Made by a program: the position numbers and the translations under genes
The notes under the pieces: model-generated
What the model saw: the letters and a program-made list of their open reading frames with translations, nothing else
Database searches by the model: none
Told to the model about the DNA's origin: nothing
Shown here: piece after piece, positions 1 to 9,118 of the stretch
Numbering within the stretch: the stretch's first letter is position 1
Layout: each line of letters starts with the position of its first letter
Source: Bdellovibrionota bacterium FG-2
GTDB taxonomy: Bacteria > Bdellovibrionota > UBA1018
Direction of reading: 5' to 3'
DNA length: 38,197 bases
NCBI GenBank assembly: GCA_051382305.1
Contig: JBBCAV010000029.1
Span: 1-38,197 of the forward strand

Positions 1-1827
1 TAACCTTACTTCGCAGCAGGTGCAGCGGGTGCCGGAACTGCAACAGGAGCAGCTGCGGGGGCCGCCGGCGCCGCGGCCGGAGCGTTTGAAGGCGCGCTTT
101 TGATTCTTGGAGGGGCCGAGTTTCTTTTTTTCTTCAGGGGAATTTGCGAAGTCCCCCGAGGTGGCGCGGGCGGCAACGCCCGTCCCTGCGCCACTGCCGC
201 CTGTTTCAGACAAGCCGCCAGTGGCTTCTTTCATTTTGCGCGAGAGATAATCTTCGTAGCCACCAAGCAAGTGAATCACTTCAGAACCCTTAGGTGACGG
301 AACGATCTCGAGCACCGAATCCACTAAGGGTGAAACAAACGCCCGATCATGGGAAACGAGACAAAGGGTTCCAGAGTAGTTCTGAAGGGCCTCCAGCAAG
401 ACGCCACGAGATTCGACATCGAGGTGGTTGGTGGGCTCATCCAAAATCAAGAAGTTCGATGGTGCCAATAGAAGTTTAGCAAGCGCCACACGCGCCTTCT
501 CTCCGCCCGAGAGCACAGCGCAGCGTTTTTCAACGGCATCGCCGGTGAATAAAAAGGCACCCGCAATGGCGCGCACCCGCGAGATCGGCCAATCGGGAGC
601 AACGGCCTCCAGTTCCTGCAGGATCGAAAGCGCTGGATTCAGCGATTCCGCCTGCATTTGCGCATAGTACCCGACCTTTACCAGATGGCCCAAGCGCACT
701 TCCCCCTGCGAGGGCGCCATCTTCTGAGATAGAAGTTTCAGAAGGGTAGTTTTGCCTGCCCCATTTACACCCACGATAGCCGTGCGAGTTCCGCGCGATA
801 TCACCCAATTCAGGTCTCGTAGAACAGTCTTTTCGCCGTAACTCATTCCTGCACTCTTGACAATGATCACCTCTTTGCCAGAGTGGGGTGAGGGTGGAAA
901 ACGAAAGCGGACACTCGAATTATCATCGGGCAGTTCGATAAGCTCCATCTTCTCGAGTTGTTTGAGCCGGCTCTGGGCTTGTCTTGCCTTCGTTGCCTTA
1001 GCACCAAAACGCTCCACAAAAGCTTCGATTTCGGCTATTTTTGCCTGCTGTCCGGCGTACTGCGCGCGCAGGATGGTGAGACGCTCCTGTTTTTGCGTGA
1101 CATACGCGTCGATATTGCCACGGTAGTTCCACAACCGCCTTTGATCGATCTCCAACACTTCGTGGACTATGCGATTCAAGAATTCGGTGTCGTGGCTAAT
1201 AACGAGAATCGCCCCGCGAAAGCCTCGGAGAAAATTCTCAAGCCAAAGCAAAGATTCCAAATCAAGATGATTGGTGGGCTCATCCAGCAGCAGAAGATCG
1301 GGGTCCATGAGCAAAATACGCGAAAGCGCCACCCGCATAAGCCAGCCCCCACTAAACTCGGTGAGAGGCCGATCAAAATCTGAGGGGCGAAAACCCATTC
1401 CACCTAGGATTGATTTTGCGCGCGATTCAAGCCGATATTCATCTAGATGCTCAAGCTCTTCAAGGACTCGACCATATCGCTCGAGATCTGCTTCGCCGGC
1501 TCCTTGAGCGAGCTTCTCTTCGAGTTCACGCCTAAGCTCCAAAAGCTCCTCGCGACGCCCCCCCATACTTTGCACTTCTTCTAATACGGATCGACCTGAA
1601 AACTTAGGGACTTCCTGAGGCAGATATCCTATCATTAAATGGGAGGCCCGGGTGATCCGTCCAGCATCGGGACTTTCCAAACCCAAAATCACCTTGATCA
1701 AAGTGCTCTTGCCTGCACCGTTGGGTCCGATAAGCGCCACGCGAGAGCGATGCCCGAGATGGGCCTCAGCGCCTTCAAAAAGGACTTTTGCGCCAAACTG
1801 TTTGCTAAGGCCGTGTATGTGAAGCAT
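1..1827 (-). CDS. ABC-F family ATP-binding protein (Uup/YheS-like), 3' end runs off window and looks disrupted near nt 90
   Basis: Manual translation from ATG 1827 (MLHIHGLSKQFGAKVLF) is open to nt 1. Two NBDs: GPNGAGKST, FSGGWLMR, LLLLDEPTNHLD, SHD; then GVNGAGKTT, LSGGEKAR, FLILDEPTNHLD, SHDR. ABC-F linker FGAKATKARQAQSR; no TM segments. Not in the ORF track because there is no stop in the window. Confidence 0.93.
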   Translation of the reverse strand, partial: MLHIHGLSKQFGAKVLFEGAEAHLGHRSRVALIGPNGAGKSTLIKVILGLESPDAGRITRASHLMIGYLPQEVPKFSGRSVLEEVQSMGGRREELLELRRELEEKLAQGAGEADLERYGRVLEELEHLDEYRLESRAKSILGGMGFRPSDFDRPLTEFSGGWLMRVALSRILLMDPDLLLLDEPTNHLDLESLLWLENFLRGFRGAILVISHDTEFLNRIVHEVLEIDQRRLWNYRGNIDAYVTQKQERLTILRAQYAGQQAKIAEIEAFVERFGAKATKARQAQSRLKQLEKMELIELPDDNSSVRFRFPPSPHSGKEVIIVKSAGMSYGEKTVLRDLNWVISRGTRTAIVGVNGAGKTTLLKLLSQKMAPSQGEVRLGHLVKVGYYAQMQAESLNPALSILQELEAVAPDWPISRVRAIAGAFLFTGDAVEKRCAVLSGGEKARVALAKLLLAPSNFLILDEPTNHLDVESRGVLLEALQNYSGTLCLVSHDRAFVSPLVDSVLEIVPSPKGSEVIHLLGGYEDYLSRKMKEATGGLSETGGSGAGTGVAARATSGDFANSPEEKKKLGPSKNQKRAFKRSGRGAGGPRSCSCCSSGTRCTCCEVRL

Positions 1828-2146
1828 GGGTAAACGAACAAAGGACTATAGAATTTTTCAGCGCAAGTGTCCAAAACGGTTTTTTTTCATCTTCTTTTGA
1901 AATAATTGAAAAATCGATTTTGCGCTCTCCTAGTTTTTCTTTGAGGGCAACAACTACCAAGTGAGGAGCAACTGAAGCCGATTTTCTCTCCGCCTCAGTC
2001 TCAAAAATAAAGACCAGATCGATGTCACCGCCTTTGAGCGTGTCATCCACCCTACTACCATAAAGACAAAGTTCTCCTCTGCTTTTTCCAAAAAAGATTT
2101 GTGCGACGGCACGGATTTTCTCAAGTTCACTCTCATCAAGACGCAT
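1805..2146 (-). CDS. Minimal nucleotidyltransferase (MNT) antitoxin
   Basis: LYGSRVDDTLKGGDIDL (GS..DxD) motif and later KIDF; 113 aa; overlaps upstream HEPN gene. Confidence 0.9.
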   Translation of the reverse strand: MRLDESELEKIRAVAQIFFGKSRGELCLYGSRVDDTLKGGDIDLVFIFETEAERKSASVAPHLVVVALKEKLGERKIDFSIISKEDEKKPFWTLALKNSIVLCSFTHASHTRP

Positions 2147-2576
2147 GAGATAGGGTCTTCTTTATTGAGAGAATGCGATCCGTTTGGGCAAGGGTTTGCC
2201 GAAACAAATCTAAAAGGTCTTCGTCCTCATATTCGTGGGCATGTCGATTTCTTAATTCACGAATCCTATACCACTCTGAGGCAGAATCGATCACACCGAG
2301 CTTTTCTCCAACGTCCAGGGTATCTCGAAACGAGCCTCGAAAGGCCGGATCAGCTCGTTTTACGCAAGCGCGAAGATAGCGAGAAAGAAAAATATCAGTC
2401 AGGCGCGCAAAACGACTCATGAATTCGTCATAAACGCCCAATTGCTCATCGGTAAAAAGATCGACATTATCCTTTATTGCGGGAAGCCGGGAGAACGACG
2501 ATTCAAAGCGAGCAAGCGCCTTCAAAAGTTTGCCTTCAATCTCCGCGATTAATAAATCAATAGGCCCCGAGTTCAT
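2136..2576 (-). CDS. HEPN-domain toxin / nucleotidyltransferase substrate-binding protein (HI0074-like)
   Basis: RELRNRHAHEY (Rx4HxY) motif, N-terminal SRF..L.D helix, KLGVID..EW; adjacent to MNT. Confidence 0.88.
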   Translation of the reverse strand: MNSGPIDLLIAEIEGKLLKALARFESSFSRLPAIKDNVDLFTDEQLGVYDEFMSRFARLTDIFLSRYLRACVKRADPAFRGSFRDTLDVGEKLGVIDSASEWYRIRELRNRHAHEYEDEDLLDLFRQTLAQTDRILSIKKTLSHAS

Positions 2577-2611
2577 GGGCTCAGCCTACCGCAGAGCCCC
2601 CCGAAAGTCAC
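2577..2611 (-). promoter_or_regulatory. Putative sigma70 promoter for leaderless HEPN transcript
   Basis: GTGACT-N17-TAGGCT-N6-ATG on the minus strand; no SD motif. Confidence 0.45.
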
Positions 2612-3004
2612 TTATAGTGCTGGACGGCTAGAAGACTCCTCAATGCGCGCCTCGCCTGAAGGGTCGACCACTTCAGGTTGAAACACTTTTTCATTAGCTT
2701 GAGCCGGCCCGCTCTAAAGCCTTTTTGAAATGATTTTCGTTCCAAGTAAAACTTTTCCCTCGGGATCATCTGGGCCCCCTTGAACAGCCAAATCGAGAGT
2801 ATGATGATATTTTCCCAAGTACTGCTCTTCTGAGAATGAATACGAAGGAACTTCAGTTGATATACGGAGCCCCTTTGAATGGTGCTGTCTTTGAACTTGA
2901 CCCTGGGCTCGCTCCCAACAAGACAATGCTATTCGGTTAGCGATGACGTGGAGTTTTGCAATCCAGACTATAATAAAGACTGTAAAAATACTTAATAATT
3001 TCAT
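2612..3004 (-). pseudogene. Possible degraded secreted-protein gene
   Basis: MKLLSIFTVFIIVWIA signal-like start at 3004; TAG at 2714-2716, after which the frame stays open 33 more codons (SGPAQANEKVFQPEVVDPSGEARIEESSSRPAL*). No recognisable domain. Confidence 0.3.
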
Positions 3005-3336
3005 ATCGATACAAATGACGCAAACACTCCTGTCGCGATACAGGTAGATCAACTAAAACAGCCGGATATTCGAGTAGTTCTCTTGTCGGAGGTCACAAAA
3101 CACGCTGATCGCCAATGCCCTTTAACCAACGCCAGCATTGGTATCAACACAGATAAACCAAAAAATCGACATATTATCGAATAGTTACATCTTCAGGCTC
3201 AGCGCCCCTCACAACACCCACACTCAACCACGCGAAACATTTGTTTCGCCATTTTTCCCCAAGACACAAAAAACTTGCTGTGCCAAGTCACAGTCTAATG
3301 CATAATGACCAACGAAATTAGCAAGGAACCAAAACT

Positions 3337-4644
3337 ATGCGTAACATGAAACTGATCACGAACTGAAACATTATAACCTGCGCAGGCGCCATCCTCATAT
3401 TGGCGGGAGCTTCGCAACTCGCACGCGCTTAAGGCTCCGCGTCAGCCGCGAAACCCGCCACGGCGAGTTCCGCGAAAAACCCCTTCGCCGACGGTACAAC
3501 CAAGATCGTACTCTCACAAGAGGAGCGCGACTCACTTCTGGCCTACGCCGACAACTCAAAATCCCGCTTGGAAAAAGCGGTTAAAGAAGCAAGCAACAGG
3601 CGCAACATAGAGGCCAATGCTATTTACCTAAAAGCAATCCGAAACGTGATCCTCACGTCAGCGCCCCAAAAACCCACCTCAGAGCTCCTAATGCGCATTG
3701 CCCTAAATCAAGGCTTGCAAATGAGTTTTGGTCTACCCAATGCCGACGGTAAGGGCATTGCTCAAGAGGGGGGCTGGCAACGATCTCCAATCAAGACTTA
3801 CTAACCGTCATACTCGAGGATTCGATTGCTTTAGCTCTCGAATATTACCTCGATGATCGCAAGGCCATTGAGGCGGGCTCGCTGCAAAATCTCCCCTATA
3901 TGCAGTACGCTGCCGAGAGGTTAGAAATTTTCCGCACGCGCTGGCTTCCCGCAGTTTTCGAAACCAGCAAAATGTATGAGTCCTCCGTTAAGGCATTGGA
4001 GCAGTTTCTCAATGTCGCTCTTCAAAAGAATCAATTGCACCGTGCGATCTTTGCCGAAGTACTCACTCGAGTCGACGAAGATTTAAAGGGTGACTTTCAA
4101 CCTCCGGCACCAGCGGATACAATTGAGGCTTTGAAGTTGGTGAGACAGCTAAGAAAAGAACTCAGGGAGATTGCAAGGGATGCGACTCAAAAGATTACGA
4201 CCGAATCCGCACGCGCTAAAACATTAACTTCGACGATCTCGCTTAATTTGTACTGGAACTCAGATAGGAACGACAACCATACCACTTCATCGGCAACCGG
4301 CATTCAAGACGCGCTTGACGCGAAGTACGAACCCATTCGCATTGAAGGTTATGTTTATCAGAGCCAGCAACCAGGAACGGTGCCGCTACCCCCTTTTTTG
4401 GAACCGAGACTTAAGCGATAATGATTTGGCAGCTCATACCGAGGGACCCACAGGTTATGACTACGTACGCACCGAAGGCTGTGTGTATCCGACCCCCGTA
4501 GCCGGGACAGTGCCACTTAAGCGATTCTACAGTGACAGTCGAACTGATAGCTTCACCACCGCAACAAGCGAAGGCGAGGCCGCGGCCTTGGCTGTGGGGT
4601 ACAGATTTATCGCAATTGAAGGCTATGTTTTTCCCGCAAAATAA
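3337..4644 (+). pseudogene. Secreted protein with helical N-domain and C-terminal DUF5648-type repeats, pseudogene
   Basis: SD AAGGA + ATG 3337; in-frame TGA 3364 and TAA 3430; frameshifts at G6 (3768-3773) and C5T6 (4389-4399) join track ORFs 3568-3804, 3900-4421 and 4315-4644. C-terminus has three EG(Y/C)V..GTVPL..(F/Y)..D repeats. Confidence 0.8.
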
Positions 4645-4672
4645 TTAACTTATAAATTTAGGAGAATAAAAT

Positions 4673-5251
4673 ATGTGGAATAAAAAATCGATCACGACAT
4701 TAAGCACCTAAACCGGCGCAAGCGCCATCCTACTATTGGCAGCCGCTTCGCAACTCTCCCGCGCTGCGGACACGGCACAAGCCGAGCAAACAACACCTCT
4801 AGCTAGGTTCACACCCATTCATTCGTACCCGAGCGCAGGAGAAAACAGTACTGAAACCGCTGAAATCCGGGCATGCAGAGATTATAACAATGTCGAGCTA
4901 CAGAACAGTGACCTTGGCTTCAAATGCCGGACCTCAAAAGACGCGGTTTTTGAACGCGTTGCCGCCGGAAAAAGCTATATGGCCTGGAAAGGGCAGCGCC
5001 ATTTCCTCTTCCGTGGTTTGATTCTTAAAAATATGAACCCTGATGGGAATCAGAATGAGAGGCAATCCACAGCGGAGTCGTATTGCAGCAATGCGGGCGG
5101 CAGCCTGCCTAGCGATGACGATTTCGAACGGGCAGATGAAGATTGCTTCTTCGAAATAACACGCCCTAAAATCCATTACGGCCATAAGTTTTGGACCTCA
5201 ACCGACGAACAGGACAGATCCCCCGGCACTCCTCTTGCTAAGCTCCTCTAA
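4673..5251 (+). pseudogene. Secreted protein with DUF1566/C-type-lectin-like C-terminal domain, nonsense in signal peptide, probably 3'-truncated
   Basis: SD AGGAG + ATG 4673; in-frame TAA 4709; AESYCSNAGGSLPS..DF....FWTST motif, then lacks the expected terminal strands (VRC-type end). Confidence 0.6.
5224..5239 (+). promoter_or_regulatory. Putative sigma54 (-24/-12) promoter
   Basis: CGGCACTCCTCTTGCT = GG-N10-GC, close to consensus TGGCAC-N5-TTGCW, 27 nt before the ATG at 5267. Confidence 0.6.
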
Positions 5252-5266
5252 TCGGAGGAATTTATC

Positions 5267-6064
5267 ATGAATCAAGTCACACGTTTTGGAGAGGGGTTTG
5301 TCTCGTCCTTTAATCTGGGTTTTGGCAGCTTTATGGCCTTTTTGCCCACGCTGATCGGTGCAGTGCTGATACTTGCCGTAGGCTGGTATCTCTCGACTTG
5401 GGTTGCACGCTTGGTCGAGCGAGTTCTCGTGATGCTAAAGCTAGAACGAGCGGCTCAACATGCAGGAGTCACGGCCTTTATCGCAAAAACCGGCCTCACC
5501 GTCACCTCGTCGGGGCTTCTTGCAGAAATGTCAAAATGGTTCCTACGACTGATTTTCATTCAAGCGGCCGCAAATCTTCTGGGCATGGCTCAACTCACCA
5601 CGATCATCAATAGCATCATTCTATTTCTGCCAAGACTGGCTGTTGCGCTTGCAATCATTGTTGTTGGAGCCTACTTCGCGGGACTGCTCGCTACTTCAGT
5701 TCGCAATTCTACATCAGCTGCCCGCATGGGTAACGCCGATCTTTTTGCGAGCCTCACCCAGTATTGCATTATGGGTTTTGTGATCATTGCAGCTGCAAGC
5801 CAGCTTGAAATAGCACCCACAATTATCAACACACTCTTCATCGGCCTTATCGCTTCGTTAGCTCTCGCCATTGGATTGGCCTTTGGTTTAGGGGGACAAG
5901 GGGTTGCGGGCAATATGATGAAGACCTGGTACGAAAAAAGCAGAAGCAATATGCAAGAAGGTTCACAGCGCACGGTAGAGGTAAGCCCGCTGACTACAAC
6001 GGATCAAACCGAGAGCGACCGGAAAGTTGCCAAAACTGGAACTTTCGGAAATCGCCAAGCGTAG
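5267..6064 (+). CDS. TM-helix repeat protein, CmpX / small-conductance mechanosensitive channel-like
   Basis: Two F(L)P.L..A..I..VG repeats, LAIGLAFGLGG motif, multiple TM helices; SD GGAGG. Confidence 0.85.
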   Translation: MNQVTRFGEGFVSSFNLGFGSFMAFLPTLIGAVLILAVGWYLSTWVARLVERVLVMLKLERAAQHAGVTAFIAKTGLTVTSSGLLAEMSKWFLRLIFIQAAANLLGMAQLTTIINSIILFLPRLAVALAIIVVGAYFAGLLATSVRNSTSAARMGNADLFASLTQYCIMGFVIIAAASQLEIAPTIINTLFIGLIASLALAIGLAFGLGGQGVAGNMMKTWYEKSRSNMQEGSQRTVEVSPLTTTDQTESDRKVAKTGTFGNRQA

Positions 6065-6198
6065 GGCGACGCAAGCCTCGATCGAGACCCGAGGCAGTGA
6101 AGATCTGAGCGCAAGAAACTGCGCCGGCTCCGCTGCCTCGGAGTATCTCTTAATATTCTTCATTTTCACCTCGCATAACGCGTGCTAGGCTGACGCCT

Positions 6199-7521
6199 AT
6201 GGGTCATCTAGGGCATCTAAAACAAGAATACATCTCTTTAATTCAGCGACTGGACGCAGGGACCGTAGGACTTCCCGAACCTAAAACAGAAGACGCCCGC
6301 AAAGGCTGGAGAGACATCCTCGAAATTCTCTACACCCCCGAAGAAGCCGAATTTGCTTCGCGCATGCCTACACAACCCACCTCATTGCGGGCCTTAGAGA
6401 AACGCTACGGAATTTCTCAAGAAGCACTCATCGCCCGCCTTGAACCCATGTGTGACAAAGGCCTCGTAATGGACCTTAAAAGTCCGCGCACGGGAAAGAT
6501 AAAATATTTTCTAGCTCCCCCGGTCGTTGGCTTTTTTGAATTCTCGTTGATGCGCGCACATGACATGATCCCTAAAAAGAAAATTGCCGAAGCTCTCATG
6601 GCCTATACCCATCACGACGACACCTTCGCCCGCGAAGTTTTCGGAACAGAAACGACGGTCGGTCGTGCCTTAGTCCACGAGCCCGCCATCGGCCCCGGTG
6701 CCAATGGCGAAATGCCCGAGGTTTTGGATTGGGAACGCGCCACCTCGATCATCAATGCCAGCAAAACCGCTGCTGTTTCACTTTGCTATTGCCGCCACAA
6801 ACAAGAGCACCTGGGAAAGGCCTGTGACGCACCCACCGAAGTGTGTCTTTCGCTCAATGCTGGCGCGGAGTTTGTGATTCGGCGTAAATTTGGAAAAGAA
6901 ATTACCAAGGAGCGTGCCTTAGAAATTCTCAACGAGTCCCGCGCCAAGGGCCTCGTGCAAATTGGCGACAATGTCATGAATCGCCCGACCTACATTTGTA
7001 ATTGTTGCGGCTGTTGCTGCGGCCAACTCCAAGCCATCAACGAGTATGGGCTTCATGGGGTAAGCCCCAGTGGCTTCAAACCCGCACTGAAGGAAGACGC
7101 TTGCAAAGGCTGCTCGCGCTGCTCGCGCGCGTGCCCCATCGGCGCGATAGGCATGCAACCAAAGAGACTTGCGAATAAGAGAAAAAACGAACTAATGCCT
7201 GTGATTAACGAAGAAAACTGCATTGGCTGCGGCGTATGCGCCACCCAGTGCCGCAGTGATGCGCTCCCCATGGTTCGGAGAGACAAAGTCAAAGCCGTCC
7301 CGACCAATGCAATTGAAAAAGCCATTCGCCAAGCATTGGAGCGAGGCAGGCTTGCCCACCTCCTCATTGATCATGGCGCAGGAATGGGGCCGCGCTTCAT
7401 GAACGAAGTCCTTCGAGTCCTCACCCGTCTGCCGGTTTCAAAACAGATTCTAGCCAACAAACAAGTTCAGTCACGGTTTATAAAGGCCGCCCTGAGTCAG
7501 GTCAAAGATCCTACGGAGTAA
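6199..7521 (+). CDS. 4Fe-4S dicluster domain-containing protein
   Basis: CYCRH, ICNCCGCCC, and two ferredoxin motifs CKGCSRCSRACP and CIGCGVCATQCR; N-terminal wHTH-like region. Confidence 0.9.
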   Translation: MGHLGHLKQEYISLIQRLDAGTVGLPEPKTEDARKGWRDILEILYTPEEAEFASRMPTQPTSLRALEKRYGISQEALIARLEPMCDKGLVMDLKSPRTGKIKYFLAPPVVGFFEFSLMRAHDMIPKKKIAEALMAYTHHDDTFAREVFGTETTVGRALVHEPAIGPGANGEMPEVLDWERATSIINASKTAAVSLCYCRHKQEHLGKACDAPTEVCLSLNAGAEFVIRRKFGKEITKERALEILNESRAKGLVQIGDNVMNRPTYICNCCGCCCGQLQAINEYGLHGVSPSGFKPALKEDACKGCSRCSRACPIGAIGMQPKRLANKRKNELMPVINEENCIGCGVCATQCRSDALPMVRRDKVKAVPTNAIEKAIRQALERGRLAHLLIDHGAGMGPRFMNEVLRVLTRLPVSKQILANKQVQSRFIKAALSQVKDPTE

Positions 7522-8401
7522 GAACAGCGGGGGCTGGGGGGATTTGCATTTCCTTGCCAAAAACCCAGGCAAATGTGCGTAGAGTTGCATCGACCGCAAG
7601 GCGAATTTGATCTCGCCTAAACTTTACATAAGTCGGGCGAGCCACTCTAAAACGTTCGCAACCTTGAAAAACAAAGGGCGCTCCAAAGTTGTTTCCAAAA
7701 ATCCCGTACTCCCCAAACTCTTCGGCTTTTGAAGTTTTCCAAAAAGCTTCCCAAGTAAAGGTTTGCATCTTACCGTCGCCCTTTTGAGCATTGAGAGGAG
7801 CGCGGGTGTGATTCAAGGTCGCCTGAGCCGTGTCCTGAAGAATTCTAAGCGGGCTATCACTTGCTGCAACCTGAACGATTTTTCTGCACGCCGACAACGA
7901 ATATCGTTCAGCGGGCATTTCCTGAGGGGATAACGTGAAATTTTCAAAACCATCCGAAAAACTATGCATGACGGGTACGATATGGCTTGGCGAGGTTGCG
8001 TCTTGCAGGTGATGAATGAGATGCCCAAGCTCGGAAAGCACTTCTGCGTACGCAGTTGAAGTTTTCTGCGTGACGAGGGAATCGATTTCGCGTTCAAGTT
8101 CCATCACGCGCACCGAAGAGTCGTACCTGACCATGTCGTGGAGTCTTTTTTCGGGGTTGTAAAAATGCGCGTAGGTCGACCACTTGCGAACGAGGTTCGT
8201 GTCTTCATCACGGTCCTCGGCAATCAGAAGCTCTAGAGTCGTGGGCGAAATCAAATCCCCGAAACAGAAATTGAATTCGTTAGCCGCCTGACGAGTGATC
8301 TGCTCGTGCTCGGAGAGGTCAAGAGCAAAGGCGTTTGCGCATAAGGCGAGGCCTAAAAACACAGGGACAAGGCACGTCTTGATGATTTGAAAAGGCGTCA
8401 T
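7511..8401 (-). CDS. Secreted zinc-dependent phospholipase C / P1-nuclease-fold protein
   Basis: Signal peptide (ANAFA), HEQIT, D..D, HFYNP, LGHLIHHLQDATSPSH, DGFE zinc-ligand pattern. Confidence 0.75.
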   Translation of the reverse strand: MTPFQIIKTCLVPVFLGLALCANAFALDLSEHEQITRQAANEFNFCFGDLISPTTLELLIAEDRDEDTNLVRKWSTYAHFYNPEKRLHDMVRYDSSVRVMELEREIDSLVTQKTSTAYAEVLSELGHLIHHLQDATSPSHIVPVMHSFSDGFENFTLSPQEMPAERYSLSACRKIVQVAASDSPLRILQDTAQATLNHTRAPLNAQKGDGKMQTFTWEAFWKTSKAEEFGEYGIFGNNFGAPFVFQGCERFRVARPTYVKFRRDQIRLAVDATLRTFAWVFGKEMQIPPAPAVLTP

Positions 8402-8458
8402 GGCGGAAGAGGTATAACCTTAGTGACGCTGCAAGTCAATGGCGGGATTCAGTAAACC

Positions 8459-9073
8459 CTATTTCGCCCGCTCAAGCCAGAAACGTAGCTGCTGCTGATA
8501 CTCGCCGGGGAGGGTTGGATTTACTGTTAAATAGGATTGAGCCCCCTCGATCTTCCTGCGGATTTGTTTCACGCAAATTTGTGCCACCTTTAAAATCTGA
8601 TCTTTGGACTCGGGAGTAAAAAGATCCTTAGCCTCAATGGCGGTCATAATGGCCGGAAGATCTTGAATGGGGTCTAGAAAACAAATCGAATTCTTTTTCT
8701 GCGTATAGCAGGGGGCATGGGTCCTGAAAGCAAAACTCTTAATCCGGGAACAACTCACGAGTTCTGGCCTGTCATCTCTAACGAGGGGCACGAGCTTTCG
8801 CTGCAAGCACAGCATCGTCGAATCGCGCCACTTTCGGCCTTTTACTGAGAGTTCAGAGTCAAGGTCGCCGAAAACATTGCAGTAATGGTTTCCATAGGCC
8901 AATGCATAACCCTGGTTTCCGCAAGGAATATTGGCTTCAAGGCAATCTTCATAAAAAGAACACGTTTGGGGCTCGGGTTTTGAACAAGACGAATTTTCTT
9001 TGGCCTCCAAGTTTGGGGTGGGAAGCATGGCAAAAAGGAGAAATAGGGGAAAGTTCGCCCATGAGTTTTTCAT
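8459..9073 (-). CDS. Secreted cysteine-rich stanniocalcin-like protein
   Basis: Signal peptide from ATG 9073; CSFY.DCLE...PCG..GYA..YG..YC..F, G.KW....M.CLQ..L, C..I...AF.TH..CY, SIC.L pattern. Confidence 0.7.
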   Translation of the reverse strand: MKNSWANFPLFLLFAMLPTPNLEAKENSSCSKPEPQTCSFYEDCLEANIPCGNQGYALAYGNHYCNVFGDLDSELSVKGRKWRDSTMLCLQRKLVPLVRDDRPELVSCSRIKSFAFRTHAPCYTQKKNSICFLDPIQDLPAIMTAIEAKDLFTPESKDQILKVAQICVKQIRRKIEGAQSYLTVNPTLPGEYQQQLRFWLERAK

Positions 9074-9118
9074 GCGAATCTCATACGTTCCGTGCCACAC
9101 ACTGTCAAGAGAGGAGAT

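Noticed and set aside
100-1833. Many short ORFs on both strands
   Set aside because: Shadows of the ABC-F gene.
2612-4711. In-frame stops in several genes as a sign of an alternative genetic code or readthrough
   Set aside because: All three stop types occur (TAG, TGA, TAA), alongside frameshifts, and all three terminate normal genes elsewhere in the window; pseudogenisation is simpler.
4673-5251. Diversity-generating retroelement
   Set aside because: No reverse transcriptase and no adenine-mismatched TR/VR pair seen in the window.
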